NCBI RefSeq assembly: GCF_044704955.1
Contig: NC_091984.1
Location: 145,018,001 to 145,082,000, forward strand
Direction: 5' to 3'
Origin: Pristiophorus japonicus
Taxonomy: Eukaryota
DNA: 64,000 bases
Part shown: in pieces, positions 11,238 through 21,670 of the stretch
How the letters are laid out: the number at the start of each line of letters is the position of its first letter
How positions within the stretch are numbered: position 1 is the stretch's first letter
The notes under the pieces: generated by a model
Databases searched by the model: none
The model's input: only the letters and a program-made list of their open reading frames with translations
What the model was told of the DNA's origin: nothing
Position numbers and translations under genes: made by a program

Positions 11238-14192
11238 ATGGGGGATGGGAACCAATGCAGGGAGACAGAGGGAAACAAAAAGGAGGCAAAAGCAAAAGAC
11301 AGAAAGGAGATGAGGAAAAGTGGAGGGCAGAGAAACCCAAGGCAAAGAACAAAAAGGGCCACTGTACAGCAAAATTCTAAAAGGACAAAGGGTGTTAAAA
11401 AAACAAGCCTGAAGGCTTTGTGTCTTAATGCAAGGAGTATCCGCAATAAGGTGGATGAATTAACTGTGCAAATAGAAGTTAACAAATATGATATGATTGG
11501 GATTACGGAGACGTGGCTCCAGGATGATCAGGGCTGGGAACTCAACATCCAGGGGTATTCAACATTCAGGAAAGGTAGAATAAAAGGAAAAGGAGGTGGG
11601 GTAGCATTGCTGGTTAAGGAGCAAATTAAGGCAATAGTTCGGAAGGACATTAGCTTGGATGATGTGGAATCTATATGGGTAGAGCTGCAGAATACCAAAG
11701 GGCAAAAAATGTTAGTGGGAGTTGTGTACAGACCTCCAAACAGTAGTAGTGATGTTGGGGAGGGCATCAAACATGAAATTAGGGGTGCGTGCAATAAAGG
11801 TGCAGCAGTTATAATGGGTGACTTTAATATGCACATAGATTGGGTTAACCAAACTGGAAGCAATACGGTGGAGGAGGATTTCCTGGAGTGCATAAGGGAT
11901 GGTTTTTTAGACCAATATGTCGAGGAACCAACTAGGGGGGAGGTCATCTTAGACTGGGTGTTGTGTAATGAGAGAGGGTTAATTAGCAATCTCGTTGTGC
12001 GAGGCCCCTTGGGGAAGAGTGACCATAATATGGTGGAATTCTGCATTAGGATGGAGAATGAAACAGTTAATTCAGAGACCATGGTCCAGAACTTAAAGAA
12101 GGGGAACTTTGAAGGTATGAGGCGTGAATTGGCTAGGATAGATTGGCGAATGATACTTAAGGGGTTGACTGTGGATGGGCAATGGCAGACATTTAGAGAC
12201 CGCATGGATGAACTACAACAATTGTACATTCCTGTCTGGCGTAAAAATAAAAAAGGGAAGGTGGCTCAACCGTGGCTATCAAGGGAAATCAGGGATAGCA
12301 TTAAAGCCAAGGAAGTGGCATACAAATTGGCCAGAAATAGCAGCGAACCCGGGGACTGGGAGAAATTTAAAACTCAGCAGAGGAGGACAAAGGGTTTGAT
12401 TAGGGCAGGGAAAATGGAGTACGAGAAGAAGCTTGCAGGGAACATTAAGACGGATTGCAAAAGTTTCTATAGATATGTAAAGAGAAAAAGGTTTGTAAAG
12501 ACAAACGTAGGTCCCCTGCAGTCAGAATCAGGGGAAGTCATAACGGGGAACAAAGAAATGGCGGACCAATTGAACAAGTACTTTGGTTCGGTATTCACTG
12601 AGGAGGACACAAACAACCTTCTGGATATAAAAGGGGTCGGAGGGTCTAGTAAGGAGGAGGAACTGAGGGAAATCCTTATTAGTCGGGAAATTGTGTTGGG
12701 GAAATTGATGGGATTGAAGGCCGATAAATCCCCAGGGCCTGATGGACTGCATCCCAGAGTACTTAAGGAGGTGGCCTTGGAAATAGTGGATGCATTGACA
12801 GTCATTTTCCAACATTCCATTGACTCTGGATCAGTTCCTATGGAGCCCCACTTTTTAAAAAAGGAGGGAGAGAGAAAACAGGGATTTATAGACAGCCTGA
12901 CATCGGTAGTGGGTTAAATGATGGAATCAATTATTAAGGATTTCATAGCAGTGCATTTGGAAAGAGGTGATATGATAGGTACAAGTCAGCATGGATTTGT
13001 GAAAGGGAAATCATGCTTGACAAATCTTCTGGAATTTTTTGAGGATGTTTCCAGTAGAGTGGACAAGGGAGAACCAGTTGATGTGGTATATTTGGGCTTT
13101 CAGAAGGCTTTCGACAAGGTCCCACACAAGAGATTAATGTGCAAAGTTGAAGCACATGGGATTGGGGGTAGTGTGCTGATGTGGATTGAGAACTGGTTGT
13201 CAGACAGGAAGCAAAGAGTAGGAGTAAATGGGGACTTTTGAGAATGGCAGGCAGTGACTAGTGGGGTACCGCAAGGTTCTGTGCTGGGGCCCCAGCTGTT
13301 TACACTGTACATTAATGATTTAGACGAGGGGATTAAATGTAGTATCTCCAAATTTGCGGATGACACTAAGTTGGGTGGCAGTGTGAGCTGCGAGGAGGAT
13401 GCTATGAGGCTGCAGAGCGACTTGGATAGGTTAGGTGAATGGGCAAATGCATGGCAGATGAAGTATAATGTGGATAAATGTGAGGTTATCCAGTTTGGTG
13501 GTAAAAACAGAGAGACAGACTATTATCTGAATGGTGACAGATTAGGAAAAGGGGAGGTGCAAAGAGACCTGGGTGTCATGGTACATCAGTCATTGAAGGT
13601 TGGCATGCAGGTACAGCAGGCGGTTAAGAAAGCAAATGGCATGTTGGCCTTCATAGTGAGGGGATTTGAGTACAGGGGCAGGGAGGTGTTACTACAGTTG
13701 TACAGGGCCTTGGTGAGGCCACACCTGGAGTACTGTGTACAGTTTTGGTCTCCTAACCTGAGGAAGGACATTCTTGCTATTGAGGGCATGCAGCGAAGGT
13801 TCACCAGACTGATTCCCGGGATGGCGGGACTGACCTATCAAGAAAGACTGGATCAACTGGGCTTGTATTCACTGGAGTTCAGAAGAATGAGAGGGGACCT
13901 CATAGAAACGTTTAAAATTCTGACGGGGTTAGACAGGTTAGATGCAGGAAGAATGTTCCCAATGTTGGGGAAGTCCAGAACCAGGGGTCACAGTCTAAGG
14001 ATAAGGGGTAAGCCATTTAGGACCGAGATGAGGAGGAATTTCTTCACCCAGAGAGTGGTGAAGCTGTGGAATTCTCTACCACAGAAAGTTGTTGAGGCCA
14101 ATTCACTAAATATATTCAAAAAGGAGTTAGATGAAGTCCTTACTACTGGGGGAATGAAGGGGTATGGTGAGAAAGCAGGAATGGGGTACTGA
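11238..14192 (+). pseudogene. CR1 ORF2p (AP endonuclease + reverse transcriptase) with a few stops/deletion
   Basis: LNARSIRNK, GITETWL, MGDFN, SDHN; KSPGPDG; GVPQGSVLGP; FADDTK; stops at 12917 and 13241. Confidence 0.95.
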
Positions 14193-15732
14193 AGTTCCAT
14201 GTTCAGCCATGAACTCATTGAATGGCGGTGCAGGCTAGAAGGGCCGAATGGCCTACTCCTGCACCTATTTTCTATGTTTCTATTCTTACAGTGATATTTA
14301 CTTGCCTATGCAAATAAATCCTTAATGACACCCGTGCCCCAAGTCTCACAGTTTGGACTGGGGTAAAACAAACATTCCCGTCGCGAAGGGACAAGTCAGG
14401 TTGGTACCGTATTGGTATTCCTGGTATAAGGTGCTGACACAATATTGATACTTCCCTCTTTATACGGATCCTACAGGAAAATGCTGTCCTTCATGCTGCA
14501 GTTCCATGTTATCCCATCCCAATTGAACCCGCCTGCAGAGGCTGCAAGTTCTACCAGGTTGTAGAGGCAAATGTCCTGAGCTTGAGCACACCCAATTCAG
14601 CCTGGGGCGACACATGTTTTTCCTATCCACCCGGGTTACATCTCCGGTGTTCATTGTATCCTACTACATTTTCCCAGGCAATACCCTACTATCTCTAACA
14701 GGGTGGTGTTATTCTGTTCCTGTAAATGGCACTCGTGCCACCGGGTACATCTGTACCAACCTTCTGACTTGCCACAGAGTCTCAGTAAGTTGATAAGTCG
14801 AACTTGCCCTCAGATCTCGATCAGTTACCCAGAAAGGGAGCTTTCCCTCTGCAATATGCTGCAGTTTACCTTGGGCTTGTTCCACTAACCAAGATCCATA
14901 CATTACTTCCAGCCGTTTCATTGAAGATGATTTGTTCCCCTTCTATAATCTGGTTTACCCCCTTTTTAGCATAAACCAGTTGCAACATATTAATCAGGCC
15001 TCACTGCCTTCTGTTATGATTCTCCCCAATAGTCTCGACACCATTCTTGTCAAGGTACGATCAAGCCCATCACACTCCCTAAATTCAGTGCTGGTTGTAC
15101 TGGCCCTCTCCCAAAATCCCTTGATCATTCTCCCATGTAGCCACGCTGTTTTAGGCTTGCACCACCCAGTAGTCCCACTTTGGTCAGACTCAATATTACA
15201 GGTACCACTTTGTGATGCACATCATGGTACAATATCATCTGAGTTGAGATTACCATTAGCCCAGTTGTTGGCCCTGGAATGTGTTTATGACAGACAATTT
15301 GCCTTTCCCACAAATCTGTTTATTCATTGGAGAAGGATCCTTGGGATGAGTTTAAAAAAAAACTCTACTGCTTGTACAACCGTGCTCCTGTCCTTGCACA
15401 CCTTGATATACTGGACGGTTAGAGTGGGATGATTACCATGCCACTGTAAATGTACCCTTATCCTATACACTCGGCCATCCCTACTTCCACCATTCACAAT
15501 ATGTCTCTTACTACATTGTGGGATTGGCGGGGTTTGCGAGGTATGTCTGTGAACAGGAGGTGGATCCAGATCTGGGACCCGAGGAGATTCTTCCACGTCC
15601 GTGTCCTGTCCACTTCCCTTTGGATCATACTGTACCTGATTAGGTGGGGTATCCCATTAGGCACCCCTTCTTCCTGATCCCCCTGGAGAGGATGAATCCC
15701 ATTCCCCATGTTCATAACCATTTCCTCTTGTC

Positions 15733-15880
15733 TCAGTACCTGTTGGTGAACTGAAAAAGCTTAATCTGGTTAATATAAAACCATTTAATTCTCCTAGTTA
15801 ACCGGGCTGCATATACCATGCGACTAGCTTTATCAACAATATTATACGGTCCCTTGTTCCGGAGTTCAAAACTTCTACCC
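15733..15880 (-). pseudogene. Integrase C-terminal (GPY/F) remnant
   Basis: NKGPYNIVDKASRMVYAARLTRRIKWFYINQIKLF directly upstream of env. Confidence 0.65.
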
Positions 15881-16744
15881 TGACATAGTTTTGTTCTATT
15901 ATCTGGCCCCCCACCTCCCACCCCTGAGATTTACTCAGGGCCACATGTACTCGGTTACGGTGGTGTGCCATCCTGATCCCTCAGGCGCAATCCACGAATC
16001 CTTTTCTTCCCGATGGTCACCAACTTAAAACAAAAGAAACAGAGAATCTCTGGTGATTCTGCTTAAGAGCCCGAGGGGTTAATTTGTAATATGATCCTAA
16101 AATTCCTTCTACCCCAGGAGCAAATATTCTCTTCAAATTAAGAAAATCTCCAATATTCAAAAGGTATTGCCCATTGAATTAAAACAGAGTTCACAGCTGC
16201 CTGTGAAAGGGTTAACTTCCTTTGTTTCAAAAGCCGACAAACACAGACACCATCAATCAATGTCAACCTTCGTCCCACAGCTTGCAGCCTTTCCAGTTTA
16301 ACCTCTCTGTGTGTTTACACTTAAAGTAAGCTTAAAATAAACATTCAGAAACATAACTCTGCACACAATTGCATTTCATTTTTTTCTTCCCAGATACACA
16401 TCGGTCAGAATTTTTTAAACCATACCAATTATTGATGTGAAATGCCTTATGTTCGAATCTAAAGTCTCTCCACACAATTTACACCAACCAGAATTTTATC
16501 GGCCAGAATAAAAGTCTGATTTTTAATAGGTTAATTAATCTCAGTAATTCCAATCTTAAACTCTCCAATGCCACTTGGAAAAGGGGGAGGAGCCACAATT
16601 ACATGAAGGAGTATGCCTTCCGAAAAACTTTAAACACAGAAAAACACCAGAACAGTGAAGAAAAACATAATCTTCCCTTTTCTCCTTTTAATTGACTCAT
16701 AACTATTCATTATTCCTTAAACCAGTTTCAATTTCTGATCCCCA

Positions 16745-16875
16745 TACACTCCAAGTGCACCTCTGATTACCTTTTAAATGTGGTGAGGGTTTCTGCCTCT
16801 ACCACCCTTTCAGGCAGTGAGTTATAGACCCCCACCACCCTCTGGGTGAAGAGATCTTCTCTAATCCTCCCCCCT
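16745..16875 (-). mobile_element. CR1 3' fragment inside the ERV leader
   Basis: Matches the antisense CR1 3' ORF2 at ~31450-31570. Confidence 0.7.
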
Positions 16876-17312
16876 TCTATATTGTCATCCTGACGTGTGC
16901 TGTCACCATCACACCTTCTGTCGGTTTATTTCGTCACTTCTCAGTCAATAGTCTAGTCCGTCTACTTAATTCTCAATACGCGCTGGTCAATAAATGAGGA
17001 CTTTCTCCTCTTTTTGTTTCTTTTCCGACTCCCACCACTTCCTTTGTGCCACAGGTGCATTGTCTGGTTTCCAATTTAGTTTAATCATTATTTCAATTAG
17101 TTTTCAATTTTTATCTGTTAGGTACAATGTCAGAGACCGCTCTAGTCCCAACTCGAGTTTCTCACTTCCCATGGGTAGATGTTGTCAGCTGTACATTCCT
17201 TAATTACTCGCCCTGAGTGAGACTGATACTTGCAACCCTATCCTCTTGGTTGTCAGTGGTACGTCCCTTACTTACTCCTCACAAGTGAGACCGATACTTG
17301 TAGCATTTACTC

Positions 17313-17531
17313 GACCCATCCACCTCCACGGAGGTGTGTGGGGGACCTGACCCATCCACCTCCATGGCACGAACCTGGTATTGCAGTACTTCCAGGAACG
17401 GTGCAGTGGCTCTAGGCCTTTTGGCTAAGAGCATTGGCGCAGAGTGATCCTTGGCGTGTGCAAGGTGACCTCTGGCGTTTGTGATTTGACAAAGAATTGG
17501 AACGATTGGCTACGAATTTAAAAAAAAAAAA
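17313..17531 (+). mobile_element. 5'-truncated copy of snRNA-mosaic retroposon
   Basis: Direct repeat of 17682-17894; U2 3' segment; A-tail. Confidence 0.8.
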
Positions 17532-17541
17532 TACCAACCCA

Positions 17542-17894
17542 ATCGCTTCTCGGCCTTTTGGCTAAGATCATGCGTAACTGACCTGACAGGGGAGTAACCA
17601 CCATAACCCCAAGGTGGTTCTCCCTGGATCAGGAAGGTATATGCTTGCTTTTTTGGAAATAGGAGGTGGGTGGGGTGGCTTGACCCATCCACCTCCACGG
17701 AGGTGTGTGGGGGGCCTGACCCATCCACCTCCATGGCATGAACCTGGTATTGCAGTACTTCCAGGAACGGTGCAGTGGCTCTAGGCCTTTTGGCTAAGGG
17801 CGCAGAGTGATCCTTGATGTGTGCAAGGTGACCTCTGGCGTTTGTGATTTGACAAAGAATTGGAAAGATTGGCTATGAATTTCAAAAAAAAAAA
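17542..17894 (+). mobile_element. U2/U1 snRNA-derived chimeric SINE-like retroposon with poly(A) tail
   Basis: U2 nt 1-29 exact at 17542-17570; U1 5'-like at 17575-17633; U2 3' end 31/32 at 17743-17774; second U2 5' piece at 17784-17798; A-tail; A-run+TACCAAC on both sides (TSD-like). Confidence 0.8.
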
Positions 17895-18124
17895 TTACCA
17901 ACTATCAATCGCAACATTAATCAGACACACTTTTATATAACCGATCGCTTTACCTGGGATCTTCCACTGACTACTTGAAGTCTTGGCCAGACCTGCAGAT
18001 TCAGATCTCTCAGGCAGCTGACAACAGACAGATTTCTGCCCATGTCCTAACTGTGCGTGGTAATTAAATTGTAATCACACCTTTGACATGGCCTCTATCC
18101 GCCGGTGTCCGCTGTCTGCTTGAG

Positions 18125-18142
18125 ATCCTGCCGATTACGCCA
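18125..18142 (-). promoter_or_regulatory. ERV primer-binding site, tRNA-Ser
   Basis: ATCCTGCCGATTACGCCA vs tRNA-Ser 3' end ATCCTGCCGACTACGCCA (17/18). Confidence 0.85.
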
Positions 18143-18144
18143 AT

Positions 18145-18631
18145 TGAAGTGGAGTATTTAAAATAACCACTCGACACCAGGTCTGTGTTCGAAGATTCAA
18201 GTAGTCTTTATTTTGCACTGATGGGGAGGTGACCTGCTCTGGGTCTAACCAGGTCACTGTCCAACGATACATAAGTTTCAACAGCTTTTTATACACTGAG
18301 AGGTACATGCTCAACATCACAATTCTGTGGCACCATTTGATTCGTTCAAAACCCGCATGCACAGTGGCTGATTGGTTACCTATTTTTATGCCTAGCTCGC
18401 CAAACATTCAAAGTTTGCCTGAAGTTTGTGGTTTGTACATTTGAAGCCGTTACTGCTCCTTAGACGAGCCGTTTACCAACCACATCCCGTGCTTGCGCTT
18501 CCAACATTAATTTTGAGGATTCTTTCTAGCTTCAGCCTGTCTGTGGTTTATGTGTACATGTCCTCTCAGCCATTGCAGCTAGTTTGCAGGTTGCAAACCT
18601 TAATTCCTAAAGGATGCAATGTCCCACTTCA
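18145..18631 (-). repeat. ERV 5' LTR
   Basis: TGAAGTGG...CCACTTCA terminal inverted repeat; adjacent PBS. Confidence 0.9.
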
Positions 18632-18830
18632 AGGACTAATAGGAAAGAGCCATGTTTCCTGGTTCTTATTGGGGGACCAATAGGAAGAAACCATGTTTCC
18701 TGGGTCCAATTGGGGGACCAATAGGAAGGAGCCATATTTCCTGGTCCCTTTTGGAGGACCAATAGAATGGAGCCATGTTTCATGGTCCCTATTGGAGGAC
18801 CAGTGGGACATGGAGTCCATGGTAGTCATG
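18632..18830. repeat. Degenerate ~40-bp tandem repeat
   Basis: GGACCAATAGGAAGGAGCCATGTTTCCTGGTCC units. Confidence 0.75.
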
Positions 18831-19284
18831 GAATGTGGACCCTTCCTGTTGTAAATGTGGGATCGTTGGCACCTGATCCCAGTAAAAACACCCTGACACG
18901 GAGCGGGGCCATGGAAGGGGAAGGAGAGGGGAGGGGATTTGAAGATGTTCTGATCGGACAGGATGGGGCAGTGGGTCAGACCCTGTCCTGTCGCTCCAGC
19001 TCACACTGATGGGGTGAGGATCTCCTCCCTCTGCTGGGCCTTCATGAAATGAGCTTTCTGTCCAAACCGGTCCCCACTGAGAATAGGCCCACAGCACAGA
19101 ACAGCCCTTAATTGGGCAATAAACAGCCAGTGTACTGAGAGAGGCCAAGGGATGGCCACTGTGGGGAATGGGGCCTTACTCCAGGAGAAGGCATGCTCTG
19201 GGGTCAAGGGTTAATATCCATTGGTGGGGCAGGGCACAGGGAGGTTTACTTTGCATTTCAGTGTGCAGCAGCTGGGAGTCTGTG

Positions 19285-19540
19285 GGGAAGGGAGAGCGAG
19301 AGGGAGGGAGGGAGAGAGCCAGAGTGAGAGAGAGAGAGAGACAGGGAGAGAGAGGCTGTGAATCAGAGATAGAGAGGAGTAGAGGGAAGCTGTGCGACAG
19401 AGGGCGATGAAGGCTGAGACAGACAGAGAGAGGGAGATGGAGGGAGAGGAACTGCTCAAGAGGGAAAGCGAGGTGAAGAGGGAGGGAGAGGTATGGAGAG
19501 GGAGGTGAAGAGGGAGGGAGACAGAGGAAGATAAGAAGAG
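19285..19540. repeat. GA-rich purine tract/microsatellite
   Basis: (GA)n and (GGGA)n runs. Confidence 0.85.
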
Positions 19541-19640
19541 GAAGTGAAATGTGCTGATGTGGCTTTCTCTGGGTAAAGACATTTACATACTGAGGGATGG
19601 GCAGTGAGACTCTCACAGGCTGCAGGTTTCTAAAGCAGAG
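19538..19640 (+). promoter_or_regulatory. Putative Vk promoter (Ets-IRF composite element, octamer variant)
   Basis: GAGGAAGTGAAA at 19538-19549; ATTTACAT (7/8 octamer) at 19581-19588, about 110 bp before the ATG. Confidence 0.55.
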
Positions 19641-19693
19641 CCCAGTGAAGGGCAGTTTATCAGTAAGCAGGCACAGGGACAGGAGCAGACACC

Positions 19694-19742
19694 ATGATTT
19701 CACCCATCCAGCTGATCTGGCCTCTGGCATTCTGCATCGCAG
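19694..19742 (+). CDS. IGKV: Ig kappa (type III/NS4) leader exon
   Basis: ACCATG; MISPIQLIWPLAFCIA(G); 49 nt then GT donor at 19743. Confidence 0.93.
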
Positions 19743-19929
19743 GTACGAACCTCTCTCCTTCCACGTTTAATATCTCCCTGCTGTCGATTTCTGTCCAACT
19801 CGACTGACCAGTGATTGAAGGGCAAATGCTGACACTAGAGGAGAGTTCAGTGTCTCGAGCAATCTCTCATTTTACAGCGTCTTTCTGTGACAGTGCTTAC
19901 TTCACTTTCTTTCCCCATTTCCCCCTCAG

Positions 19930-20228
19930 GTATCAGTGGGGACATCATCAGGACCCAGTCTCCCCCGGAGCTGTCAGTGAGTGAGGGACAGACTGCAACC
20001 ATCACCTGTACCGCCAGTGCATCTGTTAGCAAGTATGCTGCTTGGTACCAGCAGAAAGCCGGGCAGAAACCCACTCTGCTGATCTATGCAGCAACAAATC
20101 GTTTCACTGGAACCTCCAATCGCTTCACCGGCAGTTACCAGTCCAACACGTTCACCCTGAGCATCAGCAACGTGCAGAGCGAGGATGTCGCAGTCTATTA
20201 CTGTCAGCAACATAACAGCCTCCCTCTA
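19930..20228 (+). CDS. IGKV: Unrearranged Ig kappa V exon, open frame
   Basis: Acceptor CCCCCTCAG; [26 protein letters not shown]...[15 protein letters not shown]...[15 protein letters not shown]. Confidence 0.95.
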
Positions 20229-20256
20229 CACTGTGATACACAGCTGTACAAAAACC
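20229..20256 (+). promoter_or_regulatory. 12-RSS of Vk
   Basis: CACTGTG + 12 bp (ATACACAGCTGT) + perfect ACAAAAACC. Confidence 0.95.
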
Positions 20257-20364
20257 TCAATATACACAGCCCCACCTCCTGTACTGACTCACCCCACAGT
20301 TATATATAATATATAATAATGGACACACAGCCCCACCTCCTGCACTGTGCTGTCGGCCCACAAC

Positions 20365-20885
20365 ACCACCCCTCTCCCACCCCCAACACTGCCCCTCTCC
20401 CACTCTCAACACCCCCCCTCTCCCTCCCCCAACACCGCCCCTCTCCCACCCCCAACAATGCCCCTCTCCCACCCCCAACACCCCCCCTCTCCCGCCCCCA
20501 ACACCCCCCTCTCCTGCCCCCAACACTGCCCCTCTCCTGCCCCCAACACTGCCCCTCTCCCATCCCCAACACCCCCCTCTCCCATCCCCAACACCGCCCC
20601 TCTCCAACCCCCAACACTGCCCCTCTCCCACCCCCAACAACGCCCCTCTCCCTCCCCCAACACCCCCCTCTCCTGCCCCCAACACTGCCCCTCTCCTGCT
20701 CCCAACACCGCCCCTCTCCCATCCCCAACACCGCCCCTCTCCCATCCCCAACACCTCCCCTCTCCCATCCCCAACACCCCCTCTCCCATCCCCAACACTG
20801 CCCCTCTCCCAGCCCCAACACCGCCCCTCTCCCAGCCCCAACACCGCCCCTCTCCCACCCCCAGCACCGCCCCTCTCCCGCCCCA
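20365..20885. repeat. C-rich ~23-bp minisatellite
   Basis: CCCCAACACTGCCCCTCTCC(CA) units. Confidence 0.95.
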
Positions 20886-21069
20886 TTCATTTTTTACAAC
20901 AAAATGGATGAATTTCGATCATTTCTCCGCTCCATCTATTCTGGCGTAAATCCTACATTTTGCTCGAATTATCCACCCCAAACGGTTCAGAGGACAATTT
21001 TCAGCCCATCGTCCTGTATCTGAATCGCTGCCAAGCCATTCAACAATCAAAGCAGAATTAATTTGTTTA

Positions 21070-21670
21070 CACATGTGTTAGTAGAAAGCTGGAATTGTCT
21101 CCCACATAAGGCAATGGATTTTCGGACAATATGGAGATTTCAAGGCGGAGATAGATAGATTTTTGTTGGGTAAGGCTATGCTGACATAGGGAGCAAAGGT
21201 GGGTAAATGGAGTTGAGGTTCAAATCAGCCATGATCTAATTGAATGTTGGAAAATACCCGAGGGGCTGAATGGCCCCCTTCTGATCCTCATGTTCCTATG
21301 TTCCTGTACTAGAGAGTTTTTCCCAAGCGGTGGGCGCAGGCAAAACTGGGGTTGGAAGGCTGGGGGTCAGGGGTCATACAATGAATTGGCCAATGATGAC
21401 GGCCTTGTCAGTGATTGAGAGCGTGGAAGTAGTGAGGCCAGGAGAGAAAGCAAAGTGTAGGGGGTGGCCCATGGTGATGGGTGGGAGTGTTTCAGGGGCA
21501 ACAGGAGGTCAGTGAAATCAGAGGAGACAGGATAAGGGGAGGTGAGATGGAGATTGAGATCAGTGAGGATGAAGAGTTACTGAGTGTCGAGACTGAAGGA
21601 GGAAAGCAGGGAGGATATGGAGGGGAGAAACCTGGGCTGGTCGGCAATAGATGGCCATTTTAAAGGGGCG
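21070..21670. mobile_element. Old CR1 3' end (+) and probable L2 fragment (-)
   Basis: CR1-type 3' UTR ...GGGGCTGAATGGCC...TGTTCCTATGTTCC; following sequence only weakly assignable. Confidence 0.5.

Larger units (their letters stand above)
9747..14278 (+). mobile_element. Full-length CR1-clade LINE inserted into ERV env
   Basis: 5' tandem repeats, ORF1, ORF2 (APE+RT), (TTTCTATG)n tail; 7-bp TSD TCTATTC at 9740-9746 and 14279-14285. Confidence 0.95.
8205..15721 (-). pseudogene. env: ERV env, degenerate, split by a CR1 insertion
   Basis: Reconstituted KYHCKNRVKR furin-like site across the insertion; heptad region; WTVRNIG and HIDSCTQYSDVIVC motifs; WWKHVW membrane-proximal region, TM helix and basic tail CRKRKAK; many stops and frameshifts. 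Confidence 0.8.
7588..18631 (-). mobile_element. Endogenous retrovirus (foamy/loki-like env, tRNA-Ser PBS), gag-pol deleted
   Basis: LTRs 7588-8076 and 18145-18631 (TGAA.TGG...CCACTTCA); PBS 18125-18142; PPT 8077-8090; env remnants; integrase C-terminal remnant. Confidence 0.85.

Noticed and set aside
11528-12229. 233-aa antisense ORF (also 49053-49754)
   Set aside because: Shadow ORF opposite CR1 ORF2; repeated only because the LINE copies are near-identical
17542-17774. Functional U2 or U1 snRNA gene
   Set aside because: The U2 branch-point pairing region is missing, the U1 5' end is mutated, it has a poly(A) tail and no evident PSE context
20257-21023. Multiple 150-234 aa ORFs on both strands
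   Set aside because: Translations of a stop-free C-rich minisatellite
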